63,500 nucleotides of DNA, filler included, from Choristocarpus tenellus KU-1152 (GCA_964200185.2; 11 parts of 11 records of this genome joined end to end with filler, not necessarily neighbours in it); one strand, 5' to 3'; shown: positions 26,039 to 39,081, counted from the whole stretch's first letter. Numbers and translations are program-made. The notes: generated by a model from the letters alone, not told the origin.

Positions 26039-27292
26039 TTCATTCACTTTTACACTATAAACCATATAGACTACTAGTCTATATTGCACAGGTAACAGTA
26101 TTAATTGGTTACTTTATTTCTAGGTCATATTATTATTAGTAAGTTACTTTTTACTGTGTTATAAATTGAAGAATGGGACTATTTCTATTAGCAAATCAAG
26201 ACCCAACTGCCTCTACCTCCTTTTGGATTTGCACTTTATGTATATTTTTGTATTGTTTTTTTGTTTTATGAGAGATTTATTATTGTATTTGTGTCGTTTA
26301 GCGTTGATTTCTATGATTACTCTCTCCCCATCGTCGCCCCCCCCCTTGCAGCTGCTATGATTGATAAGAATGTATGTTTTGTACAAGTCTCTTGCGCCCA
26401 AAAGAGAGTACCTTTGTGTCATTGTGTGTGGCTGGTTACATGGCGATCAGTCTCGTGCACTCTATTGTGTGTTTCCTTGCTGGATTCTTCTGTGAATGAA
26501 CCTGTTACCATCACTCTATATTATTAAAAATAAGCAAAGCAATGTATTTCAATAGATTTAATAGGATTGTGAACGGGTCCAATTATTTTCACTTCTTTTA
26601 CTTACTTGCATTATTTTTGTTATTATTATCAACAAATATAAAAAAATCTTGATATGCTATTGCCTCCCTACTGCAGTATGAGGCAAACCATCAAGTCTTC
26701 CAAAGGACATGCTGCGATTACTTAGAGCGGATAACCACCACCTCCCCCCTGCCATCCTTCAAAAAATACCTGTAAAGGCACACACGACCTCTTCCTCTCA
26801 GCAAGGGACCTCAAGTGCACCTGGACCAATGTGGTTAAGCCTGCTGGGTCACTTCACCGTGAGGGATCAGGTCTGGACAAGTGTCGCCCTAAACAGAGGA
26901 GGCCCATCACCAATTTCTTCATGGTAGGTAGAGAGTGGTGTTGTGTTGTGATGTGCTAGTGCCATAGTAGAACAGCAGAGAGTTTGGTCTCGTGGGGTTC
27001 TATTGATAGTGAGTGTTTCAGGCTAGTTACAATGAATGTATTTTTTTATTGTGGTTCCTGGGATTTATGTTTGAATTGTTAGGATCTCATGTGACTATCG
27101 TGTCTTGGCAACTCTTTTTTTATCTTGTTCTTTGTACTTACAATCAGGTTGACATAGCCACTGGCAGATACAAAGAATGGGAGCCTGTTGTTACCCTCTC
27201 TATTGGTACAACTATTCATCCCATTCCCACCCACCCTCCATCATCCACTGTCCTACCCATATTTGTTTGTTTGCATACATATGTTTTGCCAG

Positions 27293-27803
27293 CTCCTCCT
27301 TCCCCCCCGAGGAAACGTCAAGACCACCTCAGGCAAGATTGCCTGCCAATGGTGTAGGAAAGCCTATCTCGAGGGCAAGCTCAAGCCTCTCCTAAGCATA
27401 GCAGGACCTTCAGGGGCTGGGGCCGGGGCAATGTCAGGATATGGTTTGAAAAAGAGTCCCGCATCTTCGGATGAAAAAGCAGAAGGTGATAGTTATGGTC
27501 CCAAGGTGTGGTGTCGTCTTGAGTGCTGGAAGTGGAAGGGTTTCACGCAAGGGAAGGTGTGGTTCATTCATCACCATACCTCAATGCATAACCCCAACCC
27601 TATCCTCACTCGGTTTCTGTTCCCTCAAGGTGGATTCGTGTTCCCTGACTGATGAGGACCTTTTCATCCGCTTTCAAAGCATCTTGCAAAGCTTGACAGG
27701 AGATGGGACTAGTGGAGGTGATGGGGTGGATCCAGACAAGCCTTTCTATGACCTGGGGCTCTCATCCATGTCCGCTGCACAGTTCAGTGGGCTCCTGGAA
27801 CAG
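27293..27803 (+). CDS. Fragment of an adenylate-forming enzyme (FAAL-like) fused to an acyl carrier domain; exons 27293-27505 and 27630-27803; possibly a pseudogene
   Basis: LLLPPRGNVKTTSGKIACQWCRKAYLEGKL (A10-like KTTSGKI motif) spliced in frame to VDPDKPFYDLGLSSMSAAQFSGLLEQ (phosphopantetheine-site-like). Confidence 0.7.
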
Positions 27804-28479
27804 GTTGGTTCACTGGGGAGATGGAGGGGGGGGTGGGGGTTGGTTTTTCAATAATGTGCTTTTTTTAATATCTTGTTAGCCTGGCGCAAAATATTCCTCT
27901 CTGTAGGGAGACACACGCATCCATGGAAGTATGGGTGCATGCGTTGAGGAATTTTTGATTAAATCAAATGCCGTAGAAACGTGTGTCATTCTAGATAGTG
28001 TTGGTACTGTATGTCCAGGCGTATGACATGTATGTATGTGGAATGGTGAGAGTAGATGGGGTTGGAGTTGGGAGTGTTACTGCCAGATTGATGGGATTGG
28101 GGGGTCAGTAGGTATTTTATTGCCATTTGCTCCCTTTTAAAGGGTACTGTGGGTCTCATATGGACCGATATGTTTGTAGTTGTAATTCTCACGCCCATCA
28201 AATTGGATTTATTGATCTCTGACGGGTCGTGCAAATGTCTGCCACAAGTATCCACATGGTGTTAGTTGGATCTCTTGTCCTGCTCCCCCTGAACCCTATC
28301 CTTGCCCCCCTCCCCCATCCAGTGTCTGAGGACACCATTCCCAGCATGGACATTCCTTAACTGAATCCTATCACTGGTCAACTAGTACCTTACACTATCC
28401 CCTCTAACCTTGACCCCCCCCCCCCCCCCCCCCCCCCCCACCCACACACCCCCCCCCCCCCCCCCCGCCCCCAGCTTTT

Positions 28480-28579
28480 NNNNNNNNNNNNNNNNNNNNN
28501 NNNNNNNNNNNNNNNNNNNNNNNTTAATTAATTAANNNNNNNNNNNNNNNNNNNNNNNNNNNNNNNNNNNNNNNNNNNN
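28480..28579. other. Artificial contig linker
   Basis: N44-TTAATTAATTAA-N44. Confidence 0.97.
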
Positions 28580-28618
28580 CCCAAACGGACAGTCGCTACC
28601 CCCCAGATACTTTAAGCC
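28580..28618 (-). mobile_element. Terminus of MITE family B (truncated by contig start)
   Basis: Reverse complement reads ggcttaaagtatctggggggtagcgactgtccgtttggg. Confidence 0.65.
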
Positions 28619-29510
28619 TATAGGTGGTAAGTAAGCACTGCATCCTGTCTGTGTAGTGCTGTGAACTGAAAAATGTTTGGTTATTAAATCGACTAGAAAA
28701 TTGTTCAATTAACTTGATTTTGCTGTTGATGCTCAAGGTAAAAGGTCTCCCCGCATGGAACTGAGATGTTAATTACGTGAGATCATCATTGATATTAACA
28801 TCCATTTACAGAGGGAGCGTGGTTGTGACATAGTTATTATTGTTGTTTTACTATTATTTTTCTTGTTGATTTTCTTATTTCTCTTATTGTGTTTGTCTCC
28901 ACATTGGTCTGGGGATCATCTCCACCTGTGTTCAGAAGCACTGCACATTGCACGACTTCTTATACTATTTACTAGCCAGCTAACTATTATTACACTACAG
29001 GTAATTACGCTGACTGGCTTTGTTCCTGAAGGCCCCTTCCTACTCGCGCGTTGGGTTAACCCCTCCCAACTTTCGTGGATTTATCTCCTCCTTCGAATCT
29101 TGTGCTGGACACGCCTCCAAGTTTCTTTCTCGATCATGATCCGGTGGTTTTATGGTATAGCCAATACGGGGTAATACAAGTAACAGGTGTCAAATCCGCT
29201 CTGGTTGCCACATGGAATCGGAAAATTGATACCATATGTTCGTGCAAAGAAGGTTGGCGTTGAAGGGGTTCGAACTCGTAAAACCCATGCAGGGAACAGG
29301 TGCCTTACAACCTCTAACCTACAATGAACCTCCCATTTATTCCAACTCCACCCCAACGTAATCAGGAAAACGTAGAGATTAAGGACAAAACACGTAGATA
29401 TAGTGAACGAACAACGTAGATAAGAGAGGTATAATTTTGGGATGATGTCTCCCCTTCGAAAGATCAACACCCTACTGTTGCAATCAGCACCAGAGGGGCT
29501 CCTACCAAAG

Positions 29511-32455
29511 ATGGAAGTGGCCGTGAAGGGGAAAGAAGAAAAGCGTAGGGTTCGACGCCAAGGTGTAGTTCGCAACCGCGTGCCGCAAGAAATACTCTCG
29601 GATGCAGCCCTTAACCATGCTATTCGACAGCTCCCTCACAACTACAACTTCGAACTACACAAGACGGTGTGGCGAATAAAGGAGGTCAGATTTCGTGATT
29701 TTTTGTGATCGCCATACCGCGTGTTGTGTTGTCTTGTAATGAGCTGGTCTTGCTTCAATGAAATCCCCTTTCTCGCCCTGCCCTGTGCTTCTTGCATCTT
29801 TCTGGGGTAGTTAACTCGGTTAGCCCACCCCCTAATATTTGTCATTCCCATTGCACCAGGATAAGGTGGAGACAGTAGCCTTGCAGTTTCCAGAGGGGCT
29901 GCTTATGTATGCTTGTACAATAGTAGATATCCTGGAGCAGTTTACAGGTTGCTCCTGTGTCGTATTGGGGGATGTCACCTATGGAGCATGTTGTGTCGAT
30001 GATCTCACAGCCAAAGCCCTGGGGTGCGGCCTTCTGGTTCATTACGGACATAGCTGCCTAGTACCTATAGCTGTGACGTCAGTTAAGGTCTTGTATATTT
30101 TTGTGGAGATCTCAATCGACACGAACCACCTGGTAGATTGTGTCAAGGAGACCTTCTCGAAGGTGAGTGTTTCCTGCATGTCTTGCGTGTTCGTGTAGAG
30201 CGAATCGTCCAATGAATTGTGTGTCTCCCCCATCGCCATCTGATTAAGCAGGCAACCGAACTTGTACGCCAACGTTACGACTGTTCGCCCTGCATCAGGA
30301 AACGCGCCTGGCTTTGATGGGAACGATCCAGTTTGCGGGAGCGGTCCACGAAGCAAAGAACACCCTCCAAGAACAGTTCAACCAAGTATCAGTTCCTCAA
30401 GCAAAACCTCTATCACCTGGCGAGGTGCTAGGGTGCACCTCGCCAGTAATCGAGGATAAGGACGCCTTAGTGTTTGTGGCTGATGGGCGATTCCATCTTG
30501 AGGTTAGTGTAGTCAAACCAGCCAATGCGGCAGGGCTGTTTTTGCAACATTGTGACAAGTAAGGATGACTCATCAATTGTACTATGGCACCCAATGAATA
30601 TGTCTGATATATAAATCGTCTTTTAAAATTCGGCTTACATCTGTACCCCCCATGCGCTCATTCTATGTCGCATTCAGTCGGCCATGATACACAATCCTGG
30701 TATGCAGCACTTCAGGTACAACCCGTACACCAAAGTGCTGACACGTGAGCATTACGACACACCAAAGATGCACAGCATTCGAAGGTTAGGAAAGGAAAAG
30801 CTGCACATGCACAGTTTAAGAGGAATTCTATTGAACACATGCTGGTGGCATTGCTGATCTGCAATCTTCAATACCAGTTTCCTGGAGACTTAACACTCTG
30901 CTAACGATTTGAGTGCAACCTATGCATAAAGTGTTGTTACTTGCCTGATTACTCTTCTCTGTGCATGTGATACCCCTGTGGATGTCTTTTTGACAGAGAT
31001 GCCATTGAAAAGGCGATGGAGGCAAAGTCATTTGGGGTAATCCTTGGCACACTTGGCAGGCAGGGAAACCCTCTTATTCTGGAACACCTTGCCTCTGTGC
31101 TCAGGAGGAAGGGCAAGCAGTACTTCATACTCCTTCTTTCAGAGGTATTCCCTGCAAAGGTGAGAAGTGTCAATCTTGATCTTTTGAGGGTCATCAACTA
31201 GTTTGCTTTTTCTATGTATCACAACTGCTTCTACGAGACATACGGATCTCCAATGACCATGCACAGCTGGAGAGCATTTTGTGAGAACAATGCATATTCT
31301 CCCCTCACCAAGAAGCACGTGTTAGGTTAAGCTGAATGTAGCAGCTGGCAGCTGCAGTAGTTCCTATTGTAGTTACTCATACCTATAACCAGGTTTCGCA
31401 TTTGATTCCCTCTTTATCTCGTACTGTTGGCCTTGGAACCAAACTTGCCTTGTGAGCAAGTTATATTCAAGTACTGTTGAGTACTAACATACAATCAAGT
31501 ACTGTTGAGTACATACATACATACAAGTACTGCTGAGTACTATCATATACTCAAGTACTGTTTATAATGAGCGATTGGGGTCACAAATGGATGGGGTGAA
31601 AAGTCCTTGTGATGTACAGAGATGTTGACCAGTGAAGTTCACTGAAACTCTACTGTTCCAAGTACTTTTGTTTGTATAACAATCAACAAGATACCTCTCT
31701 CCACAATTGACAACACAATACTCAAGGTGTACGACGAACACTTTTTGATGTAAGTGTGTAAACAGCAACCACAATAGCAGCTAGCTACACACACTGCACT
31801 AGCTTTAGTGAATGGCTTGCCATCTGAGGTCCTCTCTTTCTGTCCAAATCAATCCAGTTGGCAGCTTTTGCACATGTGGATGCCTGGATCCAGATAGCAT
31901 GCCCACGACTCTCTGTGGACTGGGGCCATTTCTTTGAAAAGGTCTGTGCCATTCATTGCCAAGTCATTCAGTAGTCGCCCCTAGAGTATGACCGTACTTA
32001 TCCATGATCTTCAACTCGGTTGTGGTAATGCACCCATGTCTCTACCTAATTCTGGAAAAAGCTGTTTCTGATTCACCCCTGAGGTGCCACTCACTCAGTC
32101 CAGTTGAAGGTGTTACCACAGAGAATATGTGTTGTAGGTAGGTCCATCAATTAATTAAGATGCACAAACTATTTTGGTCAAGAATCGTATGAAAAGTTAA
32201 TGCTTGGATTCAATCTTCCATCAAATGACCCCAAAAGGGTTAATACTACCTCTCACTCACATTCCACATTTAAAAAATTTAGTTCCCCTTCTTACCCCTT
32301 TTCCTATTTACTGTGTTATTATGCAGCCCTTGCTAAGCCCTTATGAAGCAGACGTTGCCCTTGGTGAGACTGATTGGCAAGATGTATATCCTATGGACTT
32401 CTATGCCAAGGGAAGTGGACCATGGACCAACATGCACCAGAAAAGAACCATGTAA
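29511..32455 (+). CDS. DPH1: 2-(3-amino-3-carboxypropyl)histidine synthase subunit 1; exons 29511-29684, 29860-30162, 30299-30502, 30678-30784, 30997-31159, 31858-31941, 32327-32455
   Basis: [101 protein letters not shown]; all introns GT-AG and in phase; an upstream ATG at 29442 is an alternative start. Confidence 0.97.
31468..31561. repeat. Intronic minisatellite, ~4 degenerate units
   Basis: caagtactgYtgagtac units in DPH1 intron 5. Confidence 0.75.
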
Positions 32456-32562
32456 CCGACAACGGAGGAGAAACCAACACAAGGGGGCAGGGGTGGTAAC
32501 ACAAGCTTCACATCTTTCAAGGAACAAAGTGATGTCTTGAAATCCCCTTCGACCTAAATGGT

Positions 32563-33189
32563 CTATGGCATCTTGGAGAGTGGACGGTTGAATCCTCCTG
32601 CACAGTAACAAGTAAAAAAAAAACAAGTTTGGCATGGGAATGTCATTTTTGATCTCGATCTTCATCAATATATCATACTACCTTCACAATCCTTTGAATT
32701 TTGTAATGATAAGTTGCATTGTGTCCACTGTGCTTGCTATGAAAGTGATGAAAGATAGGCCTTGGCAAGAAGAACTCAGTTGTCAATTCCACTAACTCAT
32801 GTTCATTGAACAAGCAGAAAAAGCTTTTTATTAATGTACAGTTAGGACTGACCTCGACGATTCATGTACTGGCGATACTCACGCCTCTTGTGCTTGGAAA
32901 TAGCTCCTTTTGCTGGACCCTTCTGATTATCATCGACCTTCTTCCCCTTTGTGGTGTCAAATCCATTAAATCCCATCAGCCTCATCATTTGTTGCTCCTG
33001 CAGAATAACAGGTGCCAAACCAAGATTAATCCTAACCCTGAAACATGCCACAATTTGCATCATCTTGTACTTCAAGTCTTCTGTACCCAGTTTCTATTGA
33101 CTCTTCAGAACCCACCTCGGTAAGTTTGTCCACATCTTCTTCATCATCATCTTCCTCACCCTGAGAATTTTCATCCCCTGACCCTTCAC
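32563..33189 (-). CDS. SNRNP27: U4/U6.U5 snRNP 27 kDa protein, 3' exons 33189-33116, 32997-32853, 32597-32563; 5' part missing
   Basis: Spliced product ...EEQQMMRLMGFNGFDTTKGKKV...KRREYRQYMNRRGGFNRPLSKMP*, the conserved C-terminus of this family. Confidence 0.93.
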
Positions 33190-33800
33190 CTGACAAATCC
33201 CAAAAGGGCGGTGATATCAACTTTCATTACCACATACATGGGAGGAGAAACTACTTGTACACCTTAAATTGTCAATGTTTTTTTTTTGGGGGGTAGTTAT
33301 ACACTTGAAACCATCAAAAATGAAAAGGGAGCCTTACATTGAAGCCCTGCCAATCCGATCTGTCCAATTTCTGAGGATTATTCTCTCAGGGTCTCTATAT
33401 ACTGTCCAAGTATAAGATAAGAACCCACCCTTTTCTAGTGTTTCTGAGTACATAAAAAAATCCATCACGCTCAAATTTCCCCCTCTAACTTAAATTTGGG
33501 CAGGATTTAAAACTTCACTGCATTTCTGACAGTAAATCAAGTATTTGCTATGCAACCTTAAAACATTTTGAAAACTAGTCCATCGGAAAAAATTGTGAGT
33601 TTGTGCCTGACTGTTATTACACTGGACAACACAAATGACAAATGGAAAGGCATGAAAGATGAAAAGACCATCCAACATAAACCCTTTTCAAAAAAATCCT
33701 CAAAACATTTAATCAAGTATGTACTAGTACTATCCCAAGGATAGGCAGACACAAGGAAGAACAAGAGACCATTCTTCCATGGGAGGATAAGAACACCATT

Positions 33801-33830
33801 GGCTCAAAGTATCTGGGGGGGGGGGTCGGG
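33801..33830 (+). mobile_element. Terminus of MITE family B
   Basis: ggctcaaagtatct followed by a G-run, close to the contig end. Confidence 0.55.
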
Positions 33831-33894
33831 AAGAGAAAACGCCTGAACTCCAGCCACCCCAAAATCTCTTATGCCGCCTTCGTGTTGAAAAAAA

Positions 33895-33994
33895 NNNNNN
33901 NNNNNNNNNNNNNNNNNNNNNNNNNNNNNNNNNNNNNNTTAATTAATTAANNNNNNNNNNNNNNNNNNNNNNNNNNNNNNNNNNNNNNNNNNNN
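33895..33994. other. Artificial contig linker
   Basis: N44-TTAATTAATTAA-N44. Confidence 0.97.
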
Positions 33995-34273
33995 TGTGTG
34001 GTTGTGTTGGGGGGGGGGGGGGGGGGGGGGGGGAGGGGCATAGAAGTTATGCTGGTTTTCGATTGTGCTATTGTGTTGTAACCTGCTCCCACATGGATCA
34101 TGGAGTACTGATGTTCTTGCTCACTTGGAACCACATGTGCGTCAGCCAAGATACCCACAAACACACTCCATGTACTGGAGTTCCGGTACATGGACAGTAG
34201 GAAGTGATGTGAAGAACCTCTGGAACTAAACTGATTCAACTCTGTGATCCCAAACTGTTCTGTTACCTATCAG

Positions 34274-35443
34274 GAACCATCCAATGGCAGTGCTCTTCCT
34301 AAGACTAGTCCAGAGGCAACGAGCTCCAGCCACTTCAAGTCTGCTGCAATTTCTGTTGACTATGGAGCTACGGAAATAGACAATGGAGTGAAGCAACAAG
34401 AGAAGCTTAGGCTGGTCGTGACGTCTGAAGAGGGAGAGACTGACAAGGAAGAAAGTGACGATGATGGGAATGGGAGTAGTGAGGGTGATGTTTCACAAAT
34501 TGGCGGAATCTGTGCCGTGACACCCCCTCTGGGGATCTGCCTGTTTGGGTACTTTGTGAACAAGCTCATCACTGAGGTGAAGTGGCTGTGGTTGGTGATT
34601 CAACAAGTGTGTTTTTTTAGTAGAGATACGTTTCCTCCGTTGTGCTTTTGTTTCCACGATGTGACCACGATGATAATGCTTGTTTTGGTTGTGGTATGTT
34701 TGTGTTTGTGTGTGTATGTGTGTGTGTGTGTGTATTTCTGGTAGTTGCTTGAAATCAGTTGCGAAATCAATCCCCACCTACATGATGTCACATCACTATG
34801 CAGTCTATAGTAGAAGGCTTAGTGTCAGCGAAGTATGATTGTATCCAATGATGAGGTGTGCGGACAGTGGTGACATCATTGGATACAATATTTTTTGTGT
34901 TGGGAAAGTTGAGACCCTATTCCCTCCAAATTAGTTTTTTTTTAAATTCGTTGCGTCCAACCAACCACTACTGAGTGTCTAAATTTGTTAGGGATAAAAG
35001 GGCATTGGGGTGGAATCAAGTCACACCCTGCCAAAAGTGAGTCTTTCTTCATTATCCAGAGGTTCCCCCTTCCTCTTCCCTTCCCCCTTGCTTGTCTCCC
35101 CAAACCAAGCCGACTTGGATGTAGTTTGTAACTGGGTGGACTCTGTATCTCATATAGCTACATTATCTCTTGGTCCCTTCTCCCGTGTCGCTGCTGTGAC
35201 TGCTCTAAAGGCCGCGGTATCATCAGCCCCAGTTCTCACTGAGTTCATGTTTGACTGGTCCACTTCAAAGGTGGGGACATTGATGGCTGTCCTGGGGCTC
35301 GTTGTGCTCCCAGTGAATGTCATTGTTGGGAAGATGAGCTGGTGCTGTGAGGACAGGCAAGAAGTTTGGAGATGTTGTTGTGTCCAGGTCCCTTGTACAT
35401 GAATTGATACTTTGTAGTGCTTGAAATTCTGAAGCAAGCCTTA

Positions 35444-35489
<46 letters not shown>

Positions 35490-36497
35490 TTGATTGTGTT
35501 TGTGAATACTGCTTATTATTTGATTGATGCACAATCCAAATGATGTGTGCAATAGACTCATCATAGCTTTGGTCCTTTTTTTTCAAGTTTTTGACAAAAC
35601 AGAAGTTCCAGGCACAAAAGCATGCGAAACAATGTGCGTGTGAGTTCTCTATGGGGCAATAAGAGGATAGAACTCTGCCATACTCACCTACACCGAACTC
35701 TTGCTTGATGAATGTAACCCTCGATGTTGGTGTACCTAGTAAGACAGCTATAGACAGAACTTTCCTTTTCCAACCTGCATGTTGCCACATTCCCTGTAGG
35801 TCAACTCTTCCCCAATGTGAACCTTTCAGTCTCGACAACCTCCACTCCTCCCTAACTGAACCGTATTGTGGGCAGGTTGCTGATGCAGGTACTGTCTGTG
35901 CTGGCGGTAGTGGGTTGCCTCGGTATTGTAGACATTGGTATTCTCCCTTTCAGGTATACTGAGGTTCAGTACATCCTTGGTGTGAGCCTCATCTTTGTGG
36001 CACTGCAGGCTCACGAGGGTGTTATCATGTCCATTACCTCCAAGGTTATTCCACCTACGTTGGCCAGGTGAGGCCTCAAGCTTCCAAACACACAAAGATT
36101 AACGTTTTGTGGACTGCTCATCCGAAATGGGGGTAGTTCCACTGGCTCCTTCTCTAAGCTGCTATTCTCCTCTCCCCTGTTGTGCAGTGTTGCAGCTACC
36201 ATCTTTTGAGTATGATAAATGCTGTATACTTCAAATCACACATTGCTCAACCCCATTTCACCAAGTCACACCTATCTGCACCCTCCCTCAACAAATAACA
36301 GGGGTACTTTCAACTCAGGTTTCCTGGCAACTGAGGCGGGTACTTTTGGACGGTTCACTGGTGATATGCTCATCTCCTTGATTGGGATGTGCTCCCTGTC
36401 TTCTCTTGACAAACTCCTATTCCTCCCCTCGGCACTGTTGCTGGGAATCATGATGCTTAGCATTGCACTCATGTACCCCTTCCTAGGAGGGTTCTAA
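34274..36497 (+). CDS. MFS transporter, C-terminal half of the SPX-MFS (vacuolar phosphate transporter-like) family; exons 34274-34576, 35211-35356, 35876-36067, 36302-36497
   Basis: LGLVVLPVNVIVG...EDR, QAHEGVIMSITSKVIP, ARGTFNSGFLATEAGTFGR match the SPX-MFS C-terminal pattern; 5' exons, including any SPX domain, are not in this contig. Confidence 0.85.
35446..35488. repeat. (GT)n microsatellite
   Basis: About 21 dinucleotide units inside an intron. Confidence 0.95.
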
Positions 36498-36877
36498 GCC
36501 AATGCCTATATTACAGGCGCATCCGACTGGGTTGAGTTCCAACCACCCCAATCAGAATCCATACTCCCGTTTTTTTCTGTTTAATGAATGCCAAGTCTTG
36601 GGGGGGTTGATTTGCCTCGATATGTAGAAGAAGAAGAAAATGCTCCCATTTTGGACTTTTTATGTGCAGAGACTTTTTTTCAAGTGTTGAAGTGTTAATT
36701 TTTGTTGTAAATATCAATACAAAGTGTCGAAAATTGGTAGGTAAGACCATTCAGAACAAGTCTGCGGGTACAGTGGGTTGCTAGCAAACGACAAGCCAAG
36801 TGACACGTTCCAAATACTTGCTACGAAAAAAATCTTGTTTTTATCTGCAGGTATATCCAAGTTCCCAAATGACTGTA

Positions 36878-36940
36878 GAGTGAAAGTATCTTAGAGGGTA
36901 CGAGTTTTGCCCAGTTTGTCCATTTGGGACTTGGCTTCCC
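36878..36940 (-). mobile_element. MITE family A right end (truncated by contig end)
   Basis: gagtgaaagtatcttagagggtacgagttttgcccagtttgtccatttggg. Confidence 0.85.
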
Positions 36941-37040
36941 NNNNNNNNNNNNNNNNNNNNNNNNNNNNNNNNNNNNNNNNNNNNTTAATTAATTAANNNN
37001 NNNNNNNNNNNNNNNNNNNNNNNNNNNNNNNNNNNNNNNN
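36941..37040. other. Artificial contig linker
   Basis: N44-TTAATTAATTAA-N44. Confidence 0.97.
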
Positions 37041-37421
37041 TTAAAAAAAATCAAATTATTACCGTTTGATCTCGCATCAGGTTAAAGTTCAAATTCTTAC
37101 ATTCAAAAAACCCCCCCCCCCCAAAAAAAAAAAGAGGACAAGGAAAAAAAAACGCTTTGTGTAAACACCATCTTCTGCATTCTCTATGGGATCTCTCTTC
37201 CCTCGTAGAGCCATTTCATTTTATTTCATATCTATATATATATTTTTTATTTTATATTATTATTATTATTATTATTTATATTTTTTTAACCGATGGTGAA
37301 CGGAGGAAAGCGTGGAACGAAAAAAAAAAGGGGAAGAGGAAGAGGAAACGCCTGCTCCGCCTTATACAAACGCCAATTCGGGGATTTCCTCCGACTCCGA
37401 AAAGGTCAGAGAGTGGACAGA

Positions 37422-37453
37422 GTTAGGGTTAGGGTGTATAGGGTTAGGGTTAG
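37422..37453 (+). repeat. Short interstitial TTAGGG tract
   Basis: gttagggttagggtgtatagggttagggttag. Confidence 0.7.
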
Positions 37454-37987
37454 ACCATTGATACACCAAACAAAAAACACATTCTGTTGTGTGCGTGTCA
37501 AGTTTCACCCGGAGACTGGCGTCCAAGAGAACGAGGGGTGGGTTCAGGGAGTCAGTCTTGCCTGATGCACGCAGTAGCTCTTATGGTTCACTTCTTTTTC
37601 TTTTTCTTTTTTTGCATCCCGCTTTTAGGGTCAGGGTTGTACAAAAATAAAATAAAATATATATATATATTGATTGTGAATGACAATATTCTTAGGAACT
37701 AAAGGTTAGTTCAAGTCATGAACAGAATAAAAAATGCAAAAAAGTAACAAAAAAAAAAAAATCTTCAAGGAATCCTCCCTCCCCCTCCCCCACAACCCCC
37801 CCAAACAAAAAAATTATAAAAAACTTTAAAAAAAAATATAAAAAAAAAAAAAAAAAAATACAAAAAAGTAACAAAAAAAAAAAAATCTTCAAGGAATCCC
37901 CCCCCCCCCTCCCCCCTCTCCCCCCCCCCTCAAACTTTTCGTCGACCTTTGTCGGAAGGATTTAGACATTATATATATATATATATA

Positions 37988-38624
37988 CAGTACTGTGCAA
38001 AAAGTTTAGTACAAAAACAAACGCAAATTTCACTTCTCTGTGCGTTCCTACGTTTATCGTCATTATGTCTAATAAGGACCTCCTAAATTGTTGTGGAAGA
38101 AATTGCTTCACTGGTTCCTATTATACTGTGAATTTTGCAAAAAAACGATTCTTACATTTCGCCGTGAGCTGACTATAACTGTACTATAACCGTATTTAAA
38201 GCAGTTCTTCGTCTTCTACCTAATACTTGGTCCAATATCTCTTAGCGTCCACGACATCTCTGCATCTTTTTTGGCGTAAGAGTGCACGAGATTCTTGAGA
38301 TATTCCGAATTTTATGCTTTACTTACGTTTTATTTATGTTTTATTTATGTTTTCCCACTCATCTCAAAAGTGCATCGAACACGAAGAAGTCATCCAGGTT
38401 TTTCCGTTTTGTGGACCTCTTTTGGACTTGCGAGTCTAGATGATGCCATAGGTTCTCAATGGGATTTAAATCAGGCGACTGTGCAGGCCATTCCATCGAG
38501 GTTGCAGGCCACCGGTCACCTTCCAAATAGGCAAAAGGTTCTTCTTATGCTTCGTATGCTTCGGATTGTTGTCCTGTCTGGAACTACAATTTTGTACTTG
38601 AACTAAATGTTTTGCACAGTACTG
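37988..38624. mobile_element. Non-autonomous Tc1-like element (637 bp)
   Basis: TIRs CAGTACTGTGCAAAA..TTTAGT / ACTAAA..TTTTGCACAGTACTG, inserted in a (TA)n run; no intact transposase. Confidence 0.88.
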
Positions 38625-38867
38625 TATATATATTAACAACAAAAGGACAGAATGGGATGAACACGGAACAATCTCTGTTTATAACACAACACGGAAGCAA
38701 AATCTGTTTCAGCATACTCCGTATCGCAAACGCCTCCTCACCTCATACCTTCACATGGCACCATCCCCACCCCCCCCCAATCATTTCACAACACAACCAA
38801 TCGAAGAGAACGATTGGTTGATTTTTTGCATGGCTATTTTCTTTAACCCTAACCCCGGCTGATTTAC

Positions 38868-39050
38868 CGTATTGCCTCTTCCTGCGCCTTTCTCTTCTTG
38901 AGCAGGACCCTGTGTGTCAGCCTGAGATTGGCCAGTCTCTTCTTGTCATTCTCGCTGAGCTTGCCCACTGCATCTTGAGCCTCCATCTTTTTTACCTGAA
39001 AGTATGTAGGGTTAGGGCCAGTGTGAAAAATGTAAAATGTACAATGCACA

Positions 39051-39081
<31 letters not shown>

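Noticed and set aside
20671-27803. Squalene epoxidase plus FAAL-ACP as a lipid biosynthetic gene cluster
   Set aside because: They lie on different contigs separated by an artificial linker, so linkage is unsupported
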